Positions 35,483 through 46,863 of a stretch of 64,000 nt of DNA are shown one piece after another; within the stretch, counting starts at the first letter, position 1; the number at the start of each line of letters is the position of its first letter. The stretch spans positions 96,627 to 160,626 of the forward strand of contig MU004230.1 in NCBI GenBank assembly GCA_010405405.1. The letters run 5' to 3'. Below the pieces are notes generated by a model. It had not been told where the DNA came from and did not search any database. It saw only the letters and a list, made by a program, of their open reading frames with translations. The DNA comes from Microthyrium microscopicum (Eukaryota). Position numbers and translations under genes: made by a program.

Positions 35483-38424
35483 CCTCTCTCGACACGCCAT
35501 TTTCAGGGATTTATCCCTAGATCCACCGTTCTAATCTGAAAGCGGTTACCACTACCAAATTTTTGCAAGGTACAGCCAAAGGGCTATTATCTAAAGGGGC
35601 TTAATAATTCTCACATTATTTACATTTAGAAACATAATTATTACATATAAATTAAATTCTTAGTGTTAGTGTTGCTAGATCTAAAGATCTTCTATAATAA
35701 CTCTCTCATTGTCAATATAATCCCCTTCCGTTACTACCAATTATCTTAATTAGTTCTTATCTAATCTTTTAATAAATTAGATGCTTACTATGCTCGTAAT
35801 ATAGCCTAAAACAGCTATAGTAAAGTAGAATAATATCTAGATATTTTGTACAATAAAATCTAATAGTTAGAATGTATCTCTCTAGTTAACTATTTACCTT
35901 CAACTAATAGTAAAAGAAGCAAGTTCCTCTCTTACTATTACTAAAGGGCACTATAATGTGCTTACCTACAGCGTGTTAAATAGTAGAGAGTTTAGATCCT
36001 AGATAATACTTTACCCAAGATCATTATTATCTCATAAAGTTTACCTTCCTTTAATAATAAAGAGCCAGCGAATACTTTATAAAATCCAGTTCTTTGTCTT
36101 TAATAAGACCTTATATATATAAATTCCAAGCTAGATTGCTTCTAAATATCCTTACATTTAATAGATATTATCATTAGTATTAATTACGCTAGTTAGCGTA
36201 GTGTAGTCACATCTTAGCCTTAACCTTCTAAGCTATAATATAAGCATTTCTAACGATCGCGTTAAGGTTAAAAAACTATAGTACAAACCACGTTCTATTA
36301 CCTAAAACAAAGATATATTAGTATAGAATTTCAAGAGCTTTCTAATAATACCATTTTCAAGAAAAAATATTAAGATTTAATATCTACAAAAACTCTAGCA
36401 GCGTTCTCTTACTTTAGCGGTAGACCATATAATAAGCTTACTATTAGTCCGTAATATTAACACTATCTATATATAAATTATAATCCATAGCGACAATAGG
36501 CTATTCAAGGTGTTTATAAGATTTAAAACTCCAAAGGCGATCAATATTCTCTTTCTTATACTTTATCGTCTTCTTCAGGATTATAGATTTAGTTTAAATA
36601 GCTTTTTTAGTAATTCCTACACTATAAGATATAGTTAGGAAGCATATAAGAACTTAATCTTGCCATACTAGAGATAATATATCTTAAATAACTAACTTAT
36701 TAGTCTCCCCCTAGAGCTATTTATTACTCTTCTTATTAAAAGAAGCGTGCTCTTTAGGGTATTCCTTCTAGTTAGTACAAGTAGTACCTACTATAGCAAT
36801 TCTATACCACTATAGCGCGCTAAATAGGCATATAGATATAAAAAAGTTATTATAAAAAACGATAAAGTTCTTATGCTAACGGGAAAGAGATAAGCATAAC
36901 TAGATTATAGCCTAAGCTATAGGGCTTAATTTAGTAAAGAAGATAGGTATATTTCTAGGTAAACTCTAGCTTAACCTATAGGCAGAAATATCAATATTCT
37001 CTCTAGTTAATTAAGGTAATCCAGAGCAAGTAGTATAAAGTAGGTCATAGACGTATCCACAATTACAAAGAGCAAGTATTTTATACCCTTTTAGGATTAG
37101 TTTGCCCTTAATATAAATCATGTCGCTTAATCTACCTATATATTTTACTATTATCTTATTAATTAAGATATAGGTTAATAGGGTAATATAAAGCTTAAAG
37201 CGTACTAATAGGGTAGAAGATAATAGCTTAATTTTAGTAAAAATAAGCTCTCTCTAACAAGTCCAAGACGGTATAAGCAATAGTAACATTATTAAAGGTA
37301 TTAAAGTAGTACTCACAATAGGAATAGAACTAATATAAAGATATCTTTTAATATAGTTAAACTTCTTTAAAGTAAGGAACTACTAAATAGCATAGTAGGA
37401 GTATTCTACATCTTTTGACCACAAATCTTCTACTCTAGCGATCTTATGGGCACCCATATAAATATAGATTCTATAGAACATCTTAATCTTGCTAATAGTA
37501 ATAAGAACAAGCATAGCACTATCGTCATTAAGTCCATAGTAAAATAATTAGTACTCTAGTATATTCTTATAAATAATTTTAAAGTCTTCTTACTTCCAAA
37601 AGAGGCTAAAAAACAGTAATAGCATATCGTAGCAAGCTATGTAGTCGTTAACACTAACAGGAGTCAAGCAAGCAACTAAGGGTGCTATATTAATAGATCT
37701 AGCACCTAATTCTATAACGTCACGAAGAGGCATAGTTGCTCTTAGATTAAAGAAGCCTTTAAGTAGACAAACTAAAGATTTAGTATATTCTAGTAGTAGC
37801 ATTAAGTAGTAGTACTTACTTTCATACCTATAGACGATTAGTTTAGAGTTCTCACCACCCTAGTAGCGCGCGTTAAGAAAGTCGCAATGTCCTAGTTCCC
37901 CTAAATTAGGCCTATAGGTACAAAAATGCAAAAGATTATCTATATCAGAAGGGACTACGTCCTTATACAAATCTTCATCCCTTAATTCTAAAATATAGTC
38001 TATCATATTCTCTATACTAAGAGCTTCAACCTTATAGTCTCCATCTTCTAATTAGACTTCAGACTAGGTATCTATAACATCTAGAAGAACTTAAGTTTCT
38101 AGCATTGTAATATTAGATTAGGGGTATAAAAAGAAGATCTAGGCTATAAGATAAGATCTAGAAGGTTAAAATCTTAAAAAAATACGGATTTTAGTTACTA
38201 AAGTACTACAACACCAAAACTTATCCAAAACATTTAATATTTTATATACAATATCTATTAGACAAAACCTATCTAATAAGCATAATATTATTTAGGGCAA
38301 GACACTAGAGGTTAAGGATTAATTAAAAGACGCTATAGATTTAACATCCACAATTTTCTTGCAGCTGCATAAATTAATCCATTTTAGGTAAGGGTCCCGT
38401 GCACTAATGCAGTGTCGAGGTAGG
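35483..38424 (-). mobile_element. Full-length piggyBac DNA transposon, RIP-inactivated
   Basis: TTAA at 35479-35482 and 38425-38428; TIRs CCTCTCTCGACAC / GTGTCGAGGTAGG (11/13 match); minus-strand transposase relic with piggyBac DDD motifs; strong TpA excess throughout. Confidence 0.92.
35769..38105 (-). pseudogene. piggyBac transposase relic with one spliceosomal intron (36302-36412)
   Basis: Reverting RIP-type transitions gives 'ISIDEMMVKYTGRS...KGKPIP.GYKILALC..GYVY' (D at 37160-37158), 'VF.DNFFTS..LF..L...GI...GT.R' (about 36851), 'P...DYN..M.GVD..DQ' (36490-36440), 'RTWF.LWFF.LD....NAYI' and a C-terminal 'C..C....LC..CF..YH' Cys-rich domain (about 35850-35795). Many TAA/TAG stops; ends approximate. 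Confidence 0.85.
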
Positions 38425-38844
38425 TTAAGGGATAGTAGTACCTGTTACTTCAGTTTGCGGATGCGAAATACGCGGGCTACCGGTTGCCCAGTAGCAAACA
38501 AACGAATAATTCCAACAACCCACCTTCCCACACCATTTGTGCTCTTAAGCTTTGAGGAGTTTTATAATTTCTATCCAACTCTACCGATTAGTACTTATCC
38601 TCCTCAAAAACAACGGGGGCCAAAAAAAGCATTCATCAGCGCAGGACGCAGCCACCTCAGCTCTGGGGGCTTGGACCGAAGCCTTGGACTCCTGGAACCC
38701 AACCACAAATTACCGTTTCCCTCTCTGTTACATTTGCCGCTTCCACTTTCTCCTTTAAATAACTCTATACCTTTTCCTACACCCAATTCCCTCTGCCTAT
38801 ATCCACTCATTCACCAGAAATCGCCTTTACCTCACAACTACACC

Positions 38845-40386
38845 ATGAAGAAGTTCGGATTTGGTCGCAAGAAAGACGCCGATTCTGGCCCTCCCCCACC
38901 ATCAAATAACAGCAACAACAATAACAGTAGCAACCCTTACGCTGCAGATGCCGGCTCCAACGATCCCTACTTGAACAACGCTCCCCCTCCATACAGCGGC
39001 GCAAGCAGCCAGACCAATCTTCGCGATAATAAGAGCCCAGTTCCTCCAGGCGGTTACACTGGTGCTGGCGGAGTTAGCAACCAATACGGCGGCCTCCCAA
39101 GAGACAATAGATTTGGAGCTGGACCTGCTCCTAACCGCGGCCCTCCAAGTGATCGATCTGGTCCTACTCCTCCACAAGATAACCGCTACGGCGCTCCTCC
39201 TGCTGGCGGAGACCGATATGGTGCGGGCAGTTATGGAAACTCTGGCGGATTTGGACAGGACCGGTACGGCAGCGGTGGTGCTCAGCCTGCCTCGCGGTAT
39301 GGGGCTGGCGGATATGGAAACTTTGGCAGTGGGCCTCAGTAAGTTGCTGAATATTCAATGTCGGTGCAACTATCGCTAACAATTTACCAGACCTCCTTCC
39401 AACGCCTCCACTCCAAACGCACCCGGCTCCCGCCCTCCTCCAAGCAATGGTCCTGGTATGAACGGCTCTGGCGCTGCAGGAGGGCCAGGAGGCCCAGGCG
39501 GACCTGGTGCCCCAGCAGGTAGATACGGCGCGTATGGTGGAGGGGCTCCAGCAAGTGACTACGGCAACGGCAGCAATCCGAGTTACGGTGGTGGCAGCAG
39601 CTATGGAGCATACGAAGAGCGTGAGCTCACAGCGGAAGAGCAAGAAGAGGAAGATATCAATGCATCTAAGCAAGAAATGCGCTTCCTCAAGCAACAGTCT
39701 GCTGCATCATCCGCCAATGCTCTACGGATGGCCGAACAAGCATACGCAACCGGTCTAAACACACTCGGCAACCTAGAGGTTCAAGGCGAGGCTCTCCATA
39801 ACACCAACGACAACCTCTCCCAAGCCGGCTACCAAAACAAAGTCGCTTCCGGAAACACAGATACATTAAACCGCCTCACAAAACGCCCTTTCTTCATCCC
39901 AGAAGGCGGCGGAAATCCATTCACTTCAGCCAAACGATTAGAAGCCAAACACCAAAAAGTCGTAGAAGAAAACCGCCGCATACGGGAAGAAGGTGGTGAG
40001 CGTGCAAGCGCCCGGTACCAAGATGCTCAGCGACAAGCAGAGTTTGGTAAGCAAAATCGTGAGCTCGATGCTCCACGGCAAACGACGAAAGCAAATCTGC
40101 TTGCGCGATCAAAATACCAGTTTGAGGCGGATGATGAGGACGAGGCCTTAGAGGAGGACATTGAGAACAATCTCGACAATTTGTCGTTGGGGGTTAGCAA
40201 GCTTAAAGGATTGGCTGGGGCTATTGGCCGTGAAGTCGAATCTCAGAACCAACAGCTGGATAACTTGGGGAGACAGGTCAGTTCTTCTCTGCTCTTGGAT
40301 ATACTTGGTGCTAACTTCCTATTTAGGCCGATAAGGTTGATGATCAATTGGCTTACAATACTGCTCGCCTAAACAAAATCAAGTGA
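38845..40386 (+). CDS. SEC9: Plasma membrane t-SNARE Sec9 (SNAP-25 family)
   Basis: ATG 38845 MKKFGFGRK; G/P/Y-rich N-terminus; 'EEQEEEDINASKQEMRFLKQ', 'NPFT', 'SKYQFEADDED...IENNLD', second SNARE helix 'EVESQNQQLD'; two introns. Confidence 0.92.
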
Positions 40387-40770
40387 TTCTATGTCGTCCA
40401 GATAGGTTGATACGAATATGCATGGGCTGGTGTTTGGGTAGGCTGCTTTGATTAAATGTTCCAGTATAGAAGTACGTAGCTGAAATCTATTTCGCTACAT
40501 GGCATTTCTCATTGATGGATATCTCAGACAAAGTACCTTCTACCTTAGTGATGCATACTTACCTTGACAGATTGGACACATCAGGCCCCATAATGGTTGC
40601 ACAAGCCATGGCGATTCAAATGGCGATATTTGACCAAACCTTTCGTTCCAATCGCAGTCTCCTTTTACATCTATATTGGATCTACAAACGCTAACCGAAA
40701 ATTCTAACAGTATCGCTATACCCAAATACCATATATTATACGTTGGACCATCCACTCCTTTCACCACCCA

Positions 40771-41805
40771 TCACATCTTCGACCCCAGATTCCTCTCCAC
40801 CGGCGCCCCAGCAACAACATCATCCACCACCAAAACACCCCCTCCCCTCTTCTTCTCCCTCTCCCCCAACTTATTCTCCCTCAGTAACCGTCCAATCATA
40901 TCCTCATCCCCCAAATGCGTATTATGCTCAAACTCCGGCTCCCTCCCATACGCAATCCGCGCCGCATCAACCAATATGCGCGCCGTCATCCCAAACACCC
41001 GGAACCGATTCATCGTCATCGTCGTCGCTGGACTTTCCGCCCATGCGACTGGCTGGTCACTTGATGGCACATAGAAATTGTGCATACGCCATCGGTCTCC
41101 GTGCCACTCAATCCATTGCCCGCCGTACCACGCGCTGCGCTCAGGAGCGGCATGCGCTGAGGAAGGTGTGGAGAGGGTGGTGGAGAGGAAGGATTCGAAG
41201 GGCGCGGTGAAGACGGCGGCGACTTCTTTGGCGTCGAGACGTGGGATTAGGACGTCTTCGGCGCTGGGTAATGTGTCGATCTGGGTGCTGCTGCGTGTGG
41301 TTCGGCGGGATGACGAGGTGGATTGCTGGGAGGAGGGGTCTATGAAGGCGATGCAGGGACGCACGCCGAGTTCGGTGCGTGCGAAGCTGGTAGGGAGCTC
41401 ACATAGATGGTGTATTCGGAAGGGTGGTGGGAGGCGTGTGTCGGATAGTGGCAGGCCGATTTCTTCGTAGGCTTCGCGGCGGGCGGTTTGGAAGGGGGTT
41501 TCGAGGAGGGTGTCGGCTTTGCCTCCTGGAAGAGCGGCTTGACCTGCATCTAAAGGTTGTTAGTTGGTGTGTTTGAGGTGATATCAGGTCGAAAGTTGCG
41601 TACAGCTGCTCAGTGTTTTGGCTCTCATGGTTAGGACGACCCGCAGGTCGCCTTGTCGATCTGCATAGAGCAGAATGAGCACGGCAGCCCGCCGTGTTAG
41701 AGGAAGAGAGAAGTAGTTTGTTGATGGAGGAGTGTATGATCGTAATCGTGATATAGCAGCCTTTACAGATAATTTCTTTGTTAGCGATCTACTCAGGCGG
41801 ATCAT
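40771..41805 (-). CDS. Peroxisomal Nudix CoA diphosphatase (Pcd1/NUDT7-like); true 5' end uncertain
   Basis: 'RRAAVLILLYAD..GDLRVVLTMRA', spliced Nudix box 'ALPGGKADTLLETPFQTARREAYEEIGL', 'RVFGMTARILVDAAR', C-terminal SKM (PTS1-like). Confidence 0.87.
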
Positions 41806-42971
41806 GACGGCGAAACTCGATGCAAAACATTAACATTAAGACGCCAGCCATTGAAGCACAAAATCTAGTATACGAAAGAGTGTTGGAGAGATGTTCGATT
41901 GAGAGGCAGTAAACAAAGTACATGTAGCGTTGCTTGACTGCATTCTCGGTGGAAGGGAAGAGTCAGACATATGCAATATTGGTAGATGAACATGTCTGAG
42001 CATCGAGAGCAAGTCCGCACCACGCTAATGGATACAACCTGGAAATGTTGTGAATACATTCCCTGAAAGGCTATGACCTGACAGTGTGCTCATTACAGTG
42101 GATGTAGGCTAAGAAGCGAAGTGCTTGCCATGGATCCAACAATAAACAAAAGAACGCGGAAAGTATACCAAAAGGGAAGTGTGATATCCGTGGGGGCACA
42201 GATCGAGAGCGGTTACTTACCGCGTGAACTGGCTTCAAGTTAGCCATATTGAAGACATCAAATTATAGTACGATCTTCATGTAAAATCTCCTATGCAAAC
42301 ATCTGACCTCAGGTTGGCAGTTGTTGGAGAAACTGAATGTAGTCAATATTTCATGCGGCTCTAGTGGCAGACGGGACTTGTGACGATTGTGCCTCGGTTA
42401 GATGAAATCTTACAATGAATTGCTGCCCGATTCTAGCGGCTGATCATGATTGTTAAGGTTGATGAGCTGTTCAAATATATCTACAACCTGGAGTTCCAGC
42501 AAGGGATGAACGGTGGGCTGGTCTTTTCTGCAAGGAGACACTTACGGATTGGAAGAGGAGGATGTGCCACCAAATCTCAGCACTACTCTCTCTGAGCGGA
42601 GTCAGAACTGGATCAACAGAAGACACTAGACCCCCGATGATATCACAGAAGATGACAGGATGAAGCAGAGCTAAGAACGTTAAAGGAAACACAAGTTGTG
42701 ATGTTGGAGTGGTCAAATAGAATGAAGTTGCTTGAGTGGCGTCGATGGATCTACTTGGGAGGGACCGGAATAAATGACATGCTCCCACCACCTACGATAT
42801 CCGTCGTCGCCTGTCCTAATACAATGATGGCCTTACTTTCGTAGTTCTGGAGTAATGTATACTCTCAGAAGACCGGTTCTTCGTCGGTGATACGGGTCAA
42901 AAGCAGAGTATATCCAATTAATTCCAAAATAATACTGTCCCCCAAATCATATGCCTGAAAGCGCAAATCAA

Positions 42972-44126
42972 TTAGCCAACCACCACGAATGGTGCCTTCT
43001 TCACAGTAAGGGCCTTGTACACTAGAGCTTCCGCCATCCAACTCTTCCTGGCACTTGGAAAAGAAATAGTTGTTGTTGGTTCCCAATCGTCGGATTCCAT
43101 TTTCTGGCGTGCATATCGCCACAAATCATCGTCAGGCGAACGGCAAGTGCCCAAGCAGTGAAATGTGGTCAAAATGACTGATCCTGTGGTTGTATTTTGA
43201 CGAAACTCATAGTCAGTTGAGCAATATCGGCAACTTCTCATGAACGTTCCACCATTGCATTGGAGATATTGCTCCAATGACGGTCTTGCGGCGCCAATTT
43301 TGAACCCAAAGAAATATCTGAGATGCGTGCATACATTGTACCGGTTCCACTCGTGATTGGGTACGGAATCTTTGCCTTGAACATGTTTGAACTTGAGGCC
43401 GTCGTCTATCCATCGCTTGGATGACAGGAATAGATGGTTATCGATGATACTGGCCTCCCAAATCTCCATGGCACAGCGGTAGAAATTGCCAAAGAGGAAA
43501 GGCTGTATGCGTTTCTCTAAATCTTCAAGTGGTATGCCGCGGGATTCTCCGTAAAGGTGTCTGTCCATTGCAAGCCGTGCGACATCAAAGTGGAGGACGT
43601 ACTTGGAGCTGACAAAAGTTTCGTGCTGATCGCAGACACAGCATGGACCTTTCTCGTTTTGCCAGGATTGCGGTTGAAAATATTGGCTGGCAGCAAACGT
43701 CAAGCCCATGAACGTCAAGCCTTGTGTTGATTCACTGACTTTTGGCCTTTTCTCCTGGCTTTCATGACGTTTGCATGGGGCCAAGTCGTCATGGGGAGGT
43801 TCGATGGTAGGCAAGACGTTATATACTGGATGGAGGACCATACAGGTATGGCAGTAGAATAGCTCACGATTGTCTCGCTCGATTAGCTTCAACCATCTCG
43901 TTCTGTTCTCACCAACCAAACGAAGCTGTAACGTTTCTTCGTGGCAATACAGCTGGCGGCAAGTCGTCCAGAAAGCTATTTTGTCAACATCGTTGAGAAA
44001 GCCCTCCACGATTAAAACAAGTTCCAGGGGCAGAGCTAGAAGCGCAGATGTCTGCTGAATTTGCTGTTGTTCCGGTCTTTCTTTGTATAGAGAGAAAAGG
44101 CCATAGAGACGTGTAAGGCTATCCAT
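42972..44126 (-). CDS. F-box-like hypothetical protein with Cys-rich C-terminus
   Basis: Intronless ORF (alternative ATG 44168); 'LLALPLELVLIVEGFL...TCR.L', 'CHTCMVLH', 'C.H', 'SCRYCSTDY', 'LGTCRSPDD..W' pattern common in fungal accessory F-box proteins. Confidence 0.65.
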   Translation of the reverse strand: MDSLTRLYGLFSLYKERPEQQQIQQTSALLALPLELVLIVEGFLNDVDKIAFWTTCRQLYCHEETLQLRLVGENRTRWLKLIERDNRELFYCHTCMVLHPVYNVLPTIEPPHDDLAPCKRHESQEKRPKVSESTQGLTFMGLTFAASQYFQPQSWQNEKGPCCVCDQHETFVSSKYVLHFDVARLAMDRHLYGESRGIPLEDLEKRIQPFLFGNFYRCAMEIWEASIIDNHLFLSSKRWIDDGLKFKHVQGKDSVPNHEWNRYNVCTHLRYFFGFKIGAARPSLEQYLQCNGGTFMRSCRYCSTDYEFRQNTTTGSVILTTFHCLGTCRSPDDDLWRYARQKMESDDWEPTTTISFPSARKSWMAEALVYKALTVKKAPFVVVG

Positions 44127-44873
44127 AGTAGTAATAGTTATTGCTCGTGTCCAACTTGCCAAAGACATGTAGCCGAAAACTGTGAACGTCCTGATCTATA
44201 TGTAAGATAGTGGGTATGTATGTGAGAGAGTTGTTTCAATTGTCGACCACTCCAAAGATGATCATATACAACTCATCTGTTGAAGTGACAGCATGGGCTA
44301 TGGCCGGGAGTCAAGAGCGAAATGCAGCGACTTGATGAAGTAAAGGAACATGAATATCTTGACTGTGTATTCGTTCACCACTTTAAGCGCTCGGTGGGTA
44401 TGAGTGTCCACAGAGTCATAGACCTACAAAGGTACCCTATTGTTGTAGCGCCCAGCAGGTTTCGTAGCCCAAGTCAACGAAGCCCGTCCATTCGATCAAT
44501 GGCGATGGCTACCGCCACTTTTTGCGAACAGAGGGTGCTGGATCTGGCATGTCCATGGCATATGATTAGAACTTGAAGCTAAACCGTATTTTTAGTTTCC
44601 ATATTGACATAGTGGATGCAAGGATGGCCGTCGTTGTTGAGAGGAAGTCGTTGTGATTGAAGAAGCGATGCCAAGACTTTGCCTTTCGTGACCAAAAAAG
44701 CACGGGCCTCCACACCGCCAAAAATCAACGTCGCACTTCACTCCAAAAACTCCACCACCATCCCAATCGCCAAATCCAACCACACTCTCTCCTCCTCCAC
44801 CCCGTACAACTCAAAAACCGCTTGAAGCGCCAGTCAAAAATCTCATCTTCCGGTTCACTACAAAACAGCCACA

Positions 44874-45312
44874 ATGGTATGTGCAAACCCCGCATAGACT
44901 CCGCCCACTGCGACGAGAGAGCACACGACAGTAGTGTCCCTTTTCAACGCACTTGGAACTTACCATGAACGCTATGAAATGGAATGCAATTCTAACAACC
45001 AATTCTCCAGGTTCTCGCCGTTGATCTTCTCAACCCAACACCAGCCGCCGAGGCCAAGAAGCACAAGCTCAAGGTACACCACCTTCCTCAACGTCACCAC
45101 CACCACCATAACTGACCAAATTCTCCAAGACACTTGTGCCCGCTCCTCGCTCCTTCTTCATGGACGTCAAGTGCCCAGGCTGCTTTACAATCACCACCGT
45201 CTTTTCGCACGCCCAGACCGTCGTCGTTTGCGCCGGTTGCTCGCAAGTTCTGTGCCAGCCCACCGGTGGCAAAGCCCGTTTGACTGAGGGCTGCTCGTTC
45301 CGGCGGAAGTAG
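44874..45312 (+). CDS. RPS27: 40S ribosomal protein S27 (eS27)
   Basis: ATG-only first exon, then [21 protein letters not shown] / [60 protein letters not shown]; two introns; not shown in the ORF track. Confidence 0.97.
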
Positions 45313-46863
45313 AGCATTGGAGGAAATAGAAAACTCGACAAGACAATCAAAAACTTTCTTACACCGACCAAAAAGTTCTTTTCCTTACGGCGAACTGTAG
45401 CATGCATATATACTTTTTCGATGCAGGAGGGAGTGATGTGCATTGCGGTTTCCATCAATGGCGGGCTTTGATAACCTCATGTACTCTTTGCAACTGACGC
45501 TGGCAACTGGAATCCAGCGGATGAAGTATTGGCGTTGGGCGTCGTTAGATCATTGCGGATAGAAGACGGAATCATTCGCAGTGAGCGGTTCCAGATATCC
45601 CTTGGTCGAGATGAAATGCTATTACTGAACGACTAGCATAGCAAATATGCTACGTTGTTACTTGCACCTGACATTACCATTTTATGTTTCATCATTGAAT
45701 TTCTCAAAAGCCATTTTGGGTTGTATTTCCAGGTATATTGCTCTAAGCTTCGACCGACTGTCGTCACAATCACCTACGTGAGACTAGCTTTGCATCAGCC
45801 CTGGCCAACCATCGCTTGACAACTCAACATGAAAACAGTCCAGTACTTCTAATACATATCTTCTAACCAGCCTCGGAGATTTTCAAAGGTATCTTTGTCA
45901 ATCCGTGGCAAACATGCGGTTCCGCTATCTGAAGGCTTTCATTGGTAAGACTACCTGCATGTACTTTTCCTGCTGAAGACTGAGGTATATTTTAATATCC
46001 GCCGTAGTCTAGAAAATTACTATTACATACATTGTCTACAGGTAAAAAGCAGTAAGGTTCAAAGTTATCGTATCTATCATAGATTGATCTGTGTACACAA
46101 GCATCGGCCTGATATATTTTGACACATTTTTAACCAAAAGAGAAACCCAGTTTTTACACCAGTGAAGCCGCCTGGAGCGCCTTGTACACTCCCAACAGCA
46201 CAATCAAAAGTACTCCTCGCAATCAAGAAAATCATGGCGTTCAATTCGCAAAATCAGCAGCCAACACTATATCGACCTGTCCTTGCGAAACCCAGAGGGC
46301 TTTTATACTCAAGCCTACGAACAACACCATGGCCGCAACCAAATCGCACATATTATCTACGAGCCACTAAACGAAAGAGAAAACTCACCACATTCTACAA
46401 TTTGCCACTTCTAGAAAGAGTTGTGGTGGCAGCTCTACGCTTAGTATACCTCCCCTCCAACCAGCAGGTTGTCATACACCGATGATGGAAACACTGACGA
46501 AAAACAGGCTCATCTAGATACACTCTCCCGCCACCGCCGAAAACAAGCACGCCTACTTCAACAATTGCGAAGCCCGACCTGTGGAACCCCTTTATCGCCT
46601 ATCGCCGAAGCAGACGAGTCTCCATTCCTACCTCCATAGCCATAGCACATAGCATCATAGGACAGATTATAAGAAACACACAATGATCAACGAGAGAAGA
46701 ACCTTTGATTCATATTAAAACACTCAAGAAAAAAGCCGCCTATCAAATATGGCCCACATGATTACCCACGCGCAAAACTCCCCTGATCCATCACAAGAGA
46801 TAATGCTACACGCCGAACACATTTTGTAATACCTTAACATACCACGCACTGCACGACAGTCCA

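Noticed and set aside
35483..38424. LINE or LTR retrotransposon interpretation of the AT-rich island
   Set aside because: No reverse transcriptase motifs or LTRs recovered; DDD transposase motifs and TIRs explain the region.
35462..38444. TACCTG direct repeat (35462-35467, 38439-38444) as a 6-bp TSD of the large element
   Set aside because: The bases between it and the inverted repeat do not mirror each other, while the transposase is clearly piggyBac and TTAA is present at both ends.
38407..38844. 146-aa N-terminal extension of the SEC9 ORF in the ORF track
   Set aside because: It starts inside the transposon terminus and crosses the pyrimidine-rich promoter/5' UTR; homology begins at ATG 38845.
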